From: Candidatus Sumerlaeaceae bacterium
GTDB lineage: Bacteria; Sumerlaeota; Sumerlaeia; Sumerlaeales; Sumerlaeaceae
Reading direction: 5' to 3'
DNA: 64,000 nucleotides
Assembly: GCA_051003195.1 (NCBI GenBank)
Contig: JBPCLP010000055.1
Span: forward strand, 58,313-122,312
Every line of letters begins with the position of its first letter. The first letter of the stretch is position 1. Of this stretch, positions 50,601-59,027 are shown one piece after another. The notes beneath the pieces were generated by a model, which had not been told where the DNA came from, did not search any database, and saw only the letters and a program-made list of their open reading frames with translations. Position numbers and translations under genes: made by a program.

Positions 50601-51615
50601 CGCACTGATCGTTAACAATGCTGCTGGCGTTAACATGACCGGCAACGGAACTGTTACTGCTCTTACGGGAACCGCTGGCACCCTGAGCACTGGAGCCAAC
50701 ACGCTGACAATCGGCACTTCGGGCGCCATTGCAGCATTAGGTACACTCACAGCGGCCAATGGTGGCACTCTGAATGTCGGCACAGTCGCATTGTCGGGTG
50801 CAGGCACCGTGAACATTGCAAGCGGTGGTACATTGCAGACGGCGAACATCTCGGGTAGCGGTGCCGAGTTCGGATCCCTGAATGGCGTTACTAACAAATC
50901 CATCAGCGCGGGTGCTACAGTCTACCTGAATGGAGTTAGCGCGCAGACGCTTGGCTCGGCCATCCTGCCGGCAAGTATCGCTGGCATCACGGTCAACAAT
51001 CCGTCGACTGTAACGATGCTCCAGAACGTCGCGGTTACCACTCAGCTCAACCTGATCGGCGGAACCATTTCGCCGAATGGCAACCTGCTCACCGCTCCTG
51101 ATGGCGCAACGGGTGTTATCCGGACGGCTGGTTATGTGGACGGTGCGCTGAAGCGCCTCATCAACATGACCGTCGCAGGCGGTGGTGCACGGTTGTTCCC
51201 GGTAGGCAGCGGGGCATCCTATGCACCTGTAACTCTGACCATCAACTCCGGCTCGGACGCGAGCGGCGCGGACCTGACGGTTTCGACCAGTAACACGGCC
51301 GACCCCAACAACAACTCGCCCAACGCATTGATTCGCACCTGGACACTGACGCCGGATTCACAGCCAGACGGCACCTTTGACGCCGGCCTGGTCTTCGGCT
51401 ACAACGATCCGGCAGACCTCGGTGGCACGGTAGTCGAATCGGCCCTGGTTGTCGCTAAGGACACGGGCGGCGGTACATTCCAGACGTTCCCCACAACGGT
51501 GGACGCCGTGAACAACACGTTAACGGTGGCTTCGGGCGTGAATGGGTTCTCCGTATGGACCGCTGGCGACTCGACCGCGGTTCCGGTGACCGTCAGCGCT
51601 TTCAGCATCGAATAA
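47620..51615 (+). CDS. Large secreted Gly/Thr/Ser/Asn-rich surface protein (beta-helix-like)
   Basis: 1331 aa, signal peptide, TIGTGGDYTT motif, repeated beta-helix-like segments, AGGAG RBS; ends VPVTVSAFSIE. Confidence 0.85.
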   Translation: MKHIFWGRLVGACLALTASLGFTAPYATTGAGSSTIGTGGDYTTFYDACKAISGSTNGNTVTNKVRTTNVCTLTLGAVPGFVVGDEITVSIGDTVFDGDAAVTVVAGNNVSFARNGANVASTAVTPVADQVWKINGTGTRDGTAWTFSILNDLTETLKANIRCTVAVGGSITFKPSAGVRPTVTWPSTIAATSGAGVNGTIVIGTGRSVVTYTSTNNIFFDGSNNGTTSRDMTFQNGTSDTEGAAGLFRIRGNCDGIQIKNMIIHDVANSTSNPIAVQFSSDGVSPDTNKCPDNWIVDNCLIDTCQTSNAFGNSFLGSGITSVISGTVTAQAQSNFQITNNVIYAGTRPIFSTNWAGGTIRGNVIHGNPSAGALGYGIDQSSANVVTTGYTLTIDRNIIDILGSPTSALGAFGMNGIRVAPTTGAAANTIVNITNNMIGGWIFTAAAATEFQYKGIEVVGGNTSAGSAVTIEHNSLNMNSSGAVTGGTATNCFGIGRNTATAIPVAVKNNIVRFLHTGANAHAFFALTTAVGFTANGNDIFTNTAKVGSIGGTAYATFAAWQAGGFDANGQNVDPSALWAASGANTGNDLHLTSAGALVGTGVVTTLSSDVDGEARNIAGLALPGCDVVGSASQTYTWVGGSTGAWNDAANWGPSPRTTPKYNDVISLDGVTATITDVQDQHLAGLKVLNGTSVTLQSNNGIQRLFIWNGDAGATADFSVAAGNTLTFGGPSSSGQKGGIYLDLNGSSTGAIDGDVVLRAQQVVTPHHLTSKLAGGLSINSGGTIANAPDASTNGNAFGGGAVAGGHVTEGAWGQTANTPGVVFQSGSSYHAGGLSNGTTSAAGPTNPFVLTAPNSMIEMKLGSNYVAWGTGAPAYSGRTFGYGGNLTLRHNGTVNSTGAGGVTIGGTLSTQDSLGVQGAAGFNLTALVTLGGISVPSSNAPVLNIVPASAATHAVNGNIDLGNGSLASLGANLTLNLNGSAAQSVNLGGITAPALIVNNAAGVNMTGNGTVTALTGTAGTLSTGANTLTIGTSGAIAALGTLTAANGGTLNVGTVALSGAGTVNIASGGTLQTANISGSGAEFGSLNGVTNKSISAGATVYLNGVSAQTLGSAILPASIAGITVNNPSTVTMLQNVAVTTQLNLIGGTISPNGNLLTAPDGATGVIRTAGYVDGALKRLINMTVAGGGARLFPVGSGASYAPVTLTINSGSDASGADLTVSTSNTADPNNNSPNALIRTWTLTPDSQPDGTFDAGLVFGYNDPADLGGTVVESALVVAKDTGGGTFQTFPTTVDAVNNTLTVASGVNGFSVWTAGDSTAVPVTVSAFSIE

Positions 51616-51636
51616 AAACATCAACGCAGGAAAGTG

Positions 51637-51669
51637 AAGCGGCGGGCCTAAAGCCCGCCGCTTTTTTTT
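51637..51669 (+). terminator. Intrinsic terminator
   Basis: AAGCGGCGGGC-CTAAA-GCCCGCCGCTT plus a T-run. Confidence 0.85.
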
Positions 51670-51699
51670 ATGCTTAGCCGCGGCTGCCCCGATGAATCT

Positions 51700-52446
51700 T
51701 CAATTATGAACAGTCAGGCTTTGCGGGCGAAGCACTTTGGTTCCATCGCTCCGAACAATAATAATGTCATACTTCCCGAACGGAATCTGCGGGATCTGCG
51801 AACCTTCGCCGAAGATAATCGCGTTTTCATCGATGCCCGTCGGAGTCAGTTCCTCGTAGAGTCCGTTCCCGCGAAGAAATACCTGCGCACCCTGGAGGTT
51901 TTTGCCTGCTACCGCGATACTGAACGCTTCGCCCGGGCTGCCGCTGATATCCCCGAATTCCACGCCACGCCCAGCCGGATCATCTGAAGAAGGGCGGCGC
52001 TGAACCAGCGTCCTGGAAGCCGCGTCGAAGGTGTCCTGCGGCTTATTGGGATCCGGCTCCGTAACCTGGTTGTCTGGCACGACCGGCGGCGGCTCGATGA
52101 CCGGGACGCTTGCCAGCAGCGTGGTAATCGTGGTAACGGGTACTCCGTCAGGCACCGTTTGGGCAACTGAGCTCGTCGTCTCATCCGCCTGGGGTGCCGG
52201 AGTCGCAGCTATCTCTGGCGTCGCAGCCGGCACAGGCTGCGAGGAAGTCGTATCGACTGCAATCGCTGCCGGATCGGGCGGAGCAGCAGGTTCCGCCGAA
52301 ACCCCGACTTTCGGTTCCGGCGTCGCCACGCGGCCCTGTGCCGGGGCCAGCACGGTTGGCTCCTTCTCCTGTGAAGAACGATTATCGCAGCCGGCCGCCA
52401 GCAGAACCAGCACCGGGCAAAGGATAGGATGGATGTACTTTTTCAT
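51700..52446 (-). CDS. Lipoprotein with a Pro/Ala/Thr linker and a C-terminal Ig-like (IPT/TIG-like) domain
   Basis: Lipobox LAAGC, low-complexity linker, I.V.G.NL...G.YDIIIV..DG motif. Confidence 0.75.
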   Translation of the reverse strand: MKKYIHPILCPVLVLLAAGCDNRSSQEKEPTVLAPAQGRVATPEPKVGVSAEPAAPPDPAAIAVDTTSSQPVPAATPEIAATPAPQADETTSSVAQTVPDGVPVTTITTLLASVPVIEPPPVVPDNQVTEPDPNKPQDTFDAASRTLVQRRPSSDDPAGRGVEFGDISGSPGEAFSIAVAGKNLQGAQVFLRGNGLYEELTPTGIDENAIIFGEGSQIPQIPFGKYDIIIVRSDGTKVLRPQSLTVHN

Positions 52447-52627
52447 CTGAGCGTCTCCGATCTATTTCTGCTGGGAGCAATTCGTGCCGTGAGTCGCGGC
52501 TGCAAGACTTTCATGCGGCGAGGAATTACGTCCCCGATTCGATTTAGTCGATTTAAGGCACAGAAAATGCTCTACAAGTCTTGAAAGTTATACGAAAGCA
52601 TTTTTGACTTTCTGGATCGGGTCTAAA

Positions 52628-53461
52628 ATGTTTCGCTTACTGTTTCCTGCCGCATGTTTCTTCATGCTGGTTTGCAGTTCCATAGCTGCCACGCCTACAC
52701 TTGATGGTATCCTGGACTCTGCCGGTTACACCCAGATGCCAAGTTGCAACCTTGCCCCAGCGGATAGAACCGGATTTGGCACCGCGTTGGACGCATCCCA
52801 AATCTGGATGGCCAACGATGTCACCAACGTCTATTTCTTTATCCAGGGCAGAGTTGACGCGCCCAATCCCAATTCTGGCCTTTTGTTTCTGATCAACACG
52901 TCGAATCTTGCTGGCGTGGCGGCGGGCACATCCCTGGGCGGCGTTGCTCCCGTAACGACCCATATTTTCAGCAATACTAATGACGCTGCCTTTCCGCTTT
53001 CTAACTCGACGGTTAACTGGAAAATGGATTTCGAAACAGACCGCGCCTGGTTTGGCAGTCCTGTCTCTTCAAGCTTTTCAATCGACAAGGCAAACTATGA
53101 CGGAATTCCAGGCGGTGCTTTCCTGGGCACTTCCTCGCTAGCTGGCAATATTGGTGTTTTTGGCGGGGAGTCACACGCTTTTAACAATGGCAGCCTTTCA
53201 GGCGGGCCGGGTTCCAGCACGGGATGGGAAATGTCCATTCCCAGGGCTAATCTTGGCGGCATCGTTGACGCGGCCACCGTTGAGGCGTACGCTATTGTGG
53301 CTACCAGCAGCGCCTCATTTAGCGATGACGCCTCGCCTGGGACATTCGTGGGCAACGCGGGCTTTAACCCGGACTTCAACGCCAGCCCGTACGCTGCAAC
53401 CATGGAGCACGGAGGCGCCGTGCCGGTTCCAGTTATTGTTTCCCAGTTCTCTATTGAATAG
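52628..53461 (+). CDS. Secreted protein, beta-sandwich (CBM9/DOMON-like) fold
   Basis: Signal peptide; PTLDG.LD, AND..NVYFFI, GWEMSIP...LG; ends VPVIVSQFSIE. Confidence 0.7.
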   Translation: MFRLLFPAACFFMLVCSSIAATPTLDGILDSAGYTQMPSCNLAPADRTGFGTALDASQIWMANDVTNVYFFIQGRVDAPNPNSGLLFLINTSNLAGVAAGTSLGGVAPVTTHIFSNTNDAAFPLSNSTVNWKMDFETDRAWFGSPVSSSFSIDKANYDGIPGGAFLGTSSLAGNIGVFGGESHAFNNGSLSGGPGSSTGWEMSIPRANLGGIVDAATVEAYAIVATSSASFSDDASPGTFVGNAGFNPDFNASPYAATMEHGGAVPVPVIVSQFSIE

Positions 53462-53730
53462 GAAAGCTGCGAAGCCGCCATTCAAAAGGCGCGACAGCGA
53501 ACCGCCGCGCGGCATCAATCCAACTGTATCAAGTGAATTAACGGGACCCATAGAAAACTCTCTTGAAGAGCGTCCGCCGGTAAAGATGCGGGAATTCTGG
53601 ACAAGCCACCATCGCGCCAGGTCGCAACACGCGTCTGATCTATCCAACTCCGGCGAAACGACCATGCACGCGAGCAAAAAACGTACGCCGCCCTGGGAGT
53701 GCGACACCGCGTGCCGCACCAGACAACCCG

Positions 53731-54261
53731 CAGTTACGGGGACGTGGGAGCGAGCATCCCCTTCGCACGCTCGACGATCAAACTTTCTTTTTGAAAGGTC
53801 TGATCATCATCGCACATCGAGCAACGGCCCTCATCCGGAGTTGCCCGCACTCACCAGCGCGACTTCGCCCAAAAATCTTTTTCGACTTTATTGGACTTAG
53901 CCCACGTTTAGGGGACGCCAGGGAAGTGACACGCCCTCCACAACTGGTGTATACCTGCCAGCGTAGTAAAGCTGAACACGTTCTTTGACAACTATGCAGC
54001 CCGAACGCCGCGACCGACCGCAAAGGGATTTCTGCGCCCAATCCGCGTAGCATTTTCCATCTTTGCGCTTGGCGGGAAAAGCCCCCCATCGCGCAAGGAG
54101 CTCGGAAATCCACTGCCCCGGCGAATTCTTACGCGAGGATTACCGCTATTCAAGTGGCGAAATTACCAACTTGAATAACTTGAATTATATCTGCAAGCAT
54201 TTCAAGCTTTCATACGCAAACTTGAATACCAACTTGAAAAACTTGAAAACTTGAAAACCTC
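53731..54261 (+). repeat. Long non-coding inverted repeat, left copy
   Basis: Colinear with the reverse complement of 60539-61052; exact blocks include 53767-53788, 53917-53936 and 53998-54017. Confidence 0.9.
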
Positions 54262-54484
54262 ATCCGAAGTCGCCCGCACCATCTCGACGTTGCCGATACG
54301 AGTATTGGGGACAGCTGGGGAACTGTTCCGAAACGGGCTCCAAACTGGCAGGGATGCGTAAAAGGAAACGCCCGCTTGGTTTGCCGTGACAGATAGATCG
54401 GACCCGAATGAAGAGAACCTGTTGAATGCTCGCTGTCTGGTGCAAACGTCGGGTAAATTTTGCTGCGGGGACAAGTTGATACGA

Positions 54485-57382
54485 ATGGCGAATCTTCGTG
54501 GAATAGGGTTTGTGGTTGGCATGGTTATGATCGCTGCCCACATGAGTAATGGAGCGGGTCGTGCATCCGCGCGCGAACGGATCCCGCTTGATGGTGAGTG
54601 GAAGTTTCGGCTGGATCCAGACGCCCGCGGCGAGTCGCAACGCTGGTTTGCCGATGACTCGCTGCTGACACAGACCGCCGTTGTGCCCGGCTGCTGGGAC
54701 GTGCAGGGGCTTGGCATTCCAGGCGCAATCACTACCGTCGCTAATGCTGACGATACCGGACACAACGTCCGCACCCCAACTGCTTATACCGGCAAGGCAT
54801 GGTATGCGCGCGATTTCGAAACCACCGCGACGGACCCGCACAGTTCCATCTGGCTGACGTGCGGAGGAGTGAACGACCGCTGCCGCGTCTGGTTAAACGG
54901 AAAGCACGTGGGTGCGCACGATGGATACAACACAGCGTTTGACGTTGAGCTGACGGGAGCCGTGCGTGCCGGCAAAAACCATATTGTCATTGAGGTCGAC
55001 AATGCTCCACGTCCTGAAGGCAACCTCGAGGGGTGCATGGATTTCTTCACGAACTGGGGAGGAATTCATGGAAACGTGTGCGTGGAGAACCGCCACACCA
55101 GCTTCCTCGACAATGTGCATGCGCGCTGCAATGCGACGAGCGGGATTGTGGAGTTCGCGGCCTACATCCGGGGCAGCAGCAGATCGCGACACTTCCGCGG
55201 AACACTTCACGTTGCGATTGCCGACGCCGAAGGAAACCAGGTTGCCGAGGCCGAGATCGCGGCTGACGCCACCACTCCCGTGCAGGAGACGCCGCAGAGT
55301 TCAACAGTAGTAATTCCCGTCCCGGTTCCGCAACACCAGTCATGGTCCCCGGGAAAACCCTACCTTTATTCCTTCGTGGCACAGCTTCGTCGCGACAGGA
55401 TTATTTTAGACGAGTTCCGCGACCGGTTCGGGTTTCGCTCCATCGAGGTCAGCGGTCGCGAGATTCTCCTCAACGGCAAACCCATTTTTCTGCGAGGTTA
55501 CGGCGACGACGCAATCGACCCGATCAATGTCGCACCGCTACCCAACCGATCCTTTTATGAACACCTGATTGGCAGGGCACGCGAGTACGGCTTTAACTTC
55601 AGCCGGTGCCACACCTGGGTTCCACCTCGCGCCTATTTTGAGGTGGCGGACGAAAAAGGACTGCTGGTTCAGGCGGAACTGGCCACCGGCCTCCACCCGT
55701 TTCTTAAACCGTCACCCTCTCTTCAGCAGCTTTGGCGTGAGGAACTGAAACGCATTCTCTACACGCGTTTCAACCATCCTTCACTCGCATTTTATTCGAT
55801 GTCCAACGAGCTTGGCGATGAACTCGAAAAACCAGAGGTGCGCGGCCCCTTTGACGAGCTCGCCAATCTCGCCAGGCAGATAGACCCCACCCGCATTATC
55901 ACAGTCACCTCCGGAATGGGCAACGGCGCGGAAACCGAGCCGTTGTTCGACCGCGGTATATACCTGGTCAACCCAATGGAGACCAGTTTCATTAAGAAGG
56001 TTTCCGATTATGTTTCGAGCCACGACAAACCTTTCCTGTGGCATGAGATGGGATATTTCTGCTCCTATCCGGATCCGGGCCTTTTGCCCAGCTACAGCAG
56101 TGGCGCAATTCCGTGGTGGATAACCCAGGCGCAGGATAACGCGCGAAAGAGTGGACTATTGGACGATCTGCCGCGCATCGTTCAGAACTCGCAGAAGCTG
56201 CAGCAGGTTTGCAGGAAATGGCAAATGGAACTGGCCCGTCGCTGCCCGCAACTGGATGGCTTTCACTGGTGGATGTTCCAGGACACCACATGGGCGGTCG
56301 AAGGCATCGTGGATGATTTCTGCAAATCCAAACCTGGTGCACCTGTGGAAGAGGTCCTCGCTTCAAATGGCGATGTTGTAGTACTGCTCGCCAACGAGCC
56401 CTATAACGTGCGGTCGGGGACAAAACTTGATATAGAAGTTCTGGTATCCAATTTCTCTGAAGAAGCGCTGCGGCCGGACTCGCTGCAACTCGAAATTGCC
56501 GAGGCGGGAAAGCCGCTCTCGCAGGCCGCGGTAGATACGAGTGACACGCTGCCGGTCGGGCTTTCCTCCCTGGCGAAGGTTCAAATCCAGGTGCCTTCGG
56601 TGAAAATCCCAACCGAGGCCGCCCTTACTGCGCGTATGTCTTATGCCTCAGGCGCACCGCATTCGAATTCCTGGCGCATATGGATTTTCCCTGACCCGCC
56701 GGGGGCATGGAAATCCCGCTCAGCCTGTTATGACCCCGATGGCGTGCTTAGAAACCTGGTCGCCGAAATTCCGCGTCTCACAACCGATACGTTAGCCGCC
56801 GCACCACGCGATAAAACGCTCCTCGCAGCACGGATGACCTCTGCTGTGCTCGACTTCGCGCGCGACGGCGGGAAAGTGCTCCTCCTGTCTTCACAAAACC
56901 GTGGCGGCCCGACCGAGCGCCCGGCCTTTCGTGAAGGCGATCACTACCCTATGTGGTTTGCCCCTACTTTCTGGGGAGCACCGCACACGACAGGCGGCGG
57001 CAACTGGGGCACCCTTATCAAGGACGAGAAACATGTGCTTGGTAATTTCCCCCACGACGGCTGGTGCGACATGCAGTTTTACTCGCTGCTGCGCAACGTA
57101 GGCCGAATGGATCTCAACCAGCTAACCATCCCGCACAGCGGCGAACCCATCATCCGGTCACTTCTCGACTGGCGCACCACCGGGCGAGCAGCGTACATGA
57201 TCCGATCCCAGATCGGTGCAGGAGAAGTTATTCTGACTACGCTTAACGTGCCCGAAGCCCTGCGCCAGAATCTGCCCGAGGCTGAGTACCTTCTCTCGCA
57301 GATTATGACGTACTTAACCACTGGCGAATCCATTGCACTTCGGGAAGTCGCTAGCACGCTCGCAGTAATTCAAGAACCGTAG
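54485..57382 (+). CDS. Secreted glycoside hydrolase family 2
   Basis: LDGEWKF..D, WLNGKHVG.H.G, FGFRSIE...LNGKPIFLRG, NHPS...YSMSNE. Confidence 0.88.
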   Translation: MANLRGIGFVVGMVMIAAHMSNGAGRASARERIPLDGEWKFRLDPDARGESQRWFADDSLLTQTAVVPGCWDVQGLGIPGAITTVANADDTGHNVRTPTAYTGKAWYARDFETTATDPHSSIWLTCGGVNDRCRVWLNGKHVGAHDGYNTAFDVELTGAVRAGKNHIVIEVDNAPRPEGNLEGCMDFFTNWGGIHGNVCVENRHTSFLDNVHARCNATSGIVEFAAYIRGSSRSRHFRGTLHVAIADAEGNQVAEAEIAADATTPVQETPQSSTVVIPVPVPQHQSWSPGKPYLYSFVAQLRRDRIILDEFRDRFGFRSIEVSGREILLNGKPIFLRGYGDDAIDPINVAPLPNRSFYEHLIGRAREYGFNFSRCHTWVPPRAYFEVADEKGLLVQAELATGLHPFLKPSPSLQQLWREELKRILYTRFNHPSLAFYSMSNELGDELEKPEVRGPFDELANLARQIDPTRIITVTSGMGNGAETEPLFDRGIYLVNPMETSFIKKVSDYVSSHDKPFLWHEMGYFCSYPDPGLLPSYSSGAIPWWITQAQDNARKSGLLDDLPRIVQNSQKLQQVCRKWQMELARRCPQLDGFHWWMFQDTTWAVEGIVDDFCKSKPGAPVEEVLASNGDVVVLLANEPYNVRSGTKLDIEVLVSNFSEEALRPDSLQLEIAEAGKPLSQAAVDTSDTLPVGLSSLAKVQIQVPSVKIPTEAALTARMSYASGAPHSNSWRIWIFPDPPGAWKSRSACYDPDGVLRNLVAEIPRLTTDTLAAAPRDKTLLAARMTSAVLDFARDGGKVLLLSSQNRGGPTERPAFREGDHYPMWFAPTFWGAPHTTGGGNWGTLIKDEKHVLGNFPHDGWCDMQFYSLLRNVGRMDLNQLTIPHSGEPIIRSLLDWRTTGRAAYMIRSQIGAGEVILTTLNVPEALRQNLPEAEYLLSQIMTYLTTGESIALREVASTLAVIQEP

Positions 57383-57393
57383 CGGAGGCTCGC

Positions 57394-58722
57394 ATGGACA
57401 AACTCAACCGGCGCGACTTAATGCGACTGGCAGGTGGGGCAGCGCTCAGCTTTGCCGCGGCTCCGCTCTTATGGGCGGCAAAGGCAGCGCCGCCCATTCG
57501 CCTGGGCTTTATCGGGGTAGGGGCCCGCGGCACGGTGCTGCTTCGCCTGGCGCTGAAATTTCCAGCAATCGAAATCCCATTCGTCTGCGACATTGACGAA
57601 GAACACCTCAAGCATGCCCAGGATATCGTGCAGGAAAGTTCCGGGAAGCGGCCCAAAGGCTTTTCAGCAGGCCCCGAGGCCTACCAGCAGATGCTCGGCG
57701 AGGTATTCGATGCGGTCATTATCGCAACCCCGCACGACTGGCACGCCCGGATGACGATCGATGCCCTTAAGGCGCGCAAGTTTGTCGGATGCGAAGTACC
57801 TGCCTGCAACACGCTGGAGGAATGCTGGCAGATTCTCAAGGCGCAGCGCGAAACCGGAACTGGCTATTTCATGCTCGAGAACCTGTGCTATTCACGTCCG
57901 GTCATGCAGGTGCTTAACATGGCCCGCGAGGGAGTTTTTGGCGATCTCACCTATGGCGAAGGCGCCTACATCCACAACGTTCGAAGCTTGAAGTTTAATC
58001 CCGATGGCTCGCTGACGTGGCGCGGTGAGAATGTGCTGAAAAACCCGGGGCTCATTTACCCGACACACGGGCTTGGCCCCGTATGCCAGTGGATGGGGAT
58101 CAACAGGGATGACCGGCTTGTTTCGCTCGTGGCGAGTTCCACCAGATCCGCCGCCACCCATGACTACGCCGTTAAGAAGTTTGGAGCGGAAAGCTCGGCA
58201 GCAAAGCTCGCCTTTAAGAACGGAGACAGCAGCACGGCGCTCATCTCCACGGAAAAGGGACGCATGATCGTCCTGCGCTACGACACTGCCTCGCCCCGCC
58301 CCTCCGGCAGACAGGCGCACGCTTTGCAGGGCACAAAGGGCGCATACGAATCCCATTTCGGCATCCACAATGTTTACCTTGAAAGCGATTCAGCGGCCGA
58401 GCCGTCTGGCTCCAAAGCAGACTGGGCCACGGGCAGGGAAGTCGAAAAAGACTGGCAGTTGCTCGAAGAGCTTCAGCCCAAATACGATCATCCCTACTGG
58501 CGCGAACGCGGTGAAGAGGCGCTCAAGGCCGGACACAATGGCGCGGACTATTTTGTAATGAGCGATTTCCTCGATTCTGTCCGCAGCGGCAAAAGCGCGG
58601 TAGATGTCGTCGATGCGCTGACATGGAGCGTCATCCGGCCACTCTCCGCCGAATCCCTAAATAACGCCGGAAAGCTCGTGGAAATCCCGGATTTTACCAA
58701 GGAGCATTTTGCTCGAGCTTAA
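57394..58722 (+). CDS. Tat-exported Gfo/Idh/MocA oxidoreductase, GH109 (NAD-dependent glycosidase)-like
   Basis: NRRDLM twin-Arg, GFIGVGARG, CEVPA, MLENLCY, YPTHGLGP, GH.GAD. Confidence 0.85.
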   Translation: MDKLNRRDLMRLAGGAALSFAAAPLLWAAKAAPPIRLGFIGVGARGTVLLRLALKFPAIEIPFVCDIDEEHLKHAQDIVQESSGKRPKGFSAGPEAYQQMLGEVFDAVIIATPHDWHARMTIDALKARKFVGCEVPACNTLEECWQILKAQRETGTGYFMLENLCYSRPVMQVLNMAREGVFGDLTYGEGAYIHNVRSLKFNPDGSLTWRGENVLKNPGLIYPTHGLGPVCQWMGINRDDRLVSLVASSTRSAATHDYAVKKFGAESSAAKLAFKNGDSSTALISTEKGRMIVLRYDTASPRPSGRQAHALQGTKGAYESHFGIHNVYLESDSAAEPSGSKADWATGREVEKDWQLLEELQPKYDHPYWRERGEEALKAGHNGADYFVMSDFLDSVRSGKSAVDVVDALTWSVIRPLSAESLNNAGKLVEIPDFTKEHFARA

Positions 58723-58820
58723 ACGCGAGGACAAGCCTGCTGCGAGAAGAAGACTCAATCAGTCTAAGAATCCCGGGGCTAAATGACACGAGTTGCGCAG
58801 CGGACCCGCAACTTCTACAA

Positions 58821-58903
58821 ATCCGTGTGATCCGTGTAATCCGTGGTTCCCTTGAGCAGTTTGAGCCCCTGCTCGCTGTAACCGGATTCGTGTAAATTCG
58901 TGG
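58821..58903. repeat. Short ~9-nt period AT(C/T)CGTG tandem repeats
   Basis: ATCCGTGTGATCCGTGTAATCCGTGG and ATTCGTGTAAATTCGTGG; complementary run CCACGAATCTCACGAATTTCACGAAT at 60475-60500. Confidence 0.7.
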
Positions 58904-59027
58904 CGACCTTTTGAGCAGGCAGGTTCTCCATAGATTCCAGCTACATGCATCATGTTGCGGCTCCCGTGTGCAACAATCCCTGTCGTGATTCTATTGAAAC
59001 TCTGCCACCGCCCCGGAATCTGTGCGC

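Noticed and set aside
53533..53553. GTGAATTAACGGGACCCATAG (and TTACGAACTGACACTA at ~10092) as extra family A ends
   Set aside because: Short, gapped similarity only, with no stem or matching second end.
53778..54113. ORFs within the long inverted repeat (53778-54113, 60419-60811, 60631-60987)
   Set aside because: Reading frames and stops are not conserved between the two copies, so peptide similarity just reflects the DNA repeat.
54168..54257. ACTTGAA clusters as degenerate CRISPR repeats
   Set aside because: The units are 7-9 nt with irregular short spacing and no spacer-length unique sequences.
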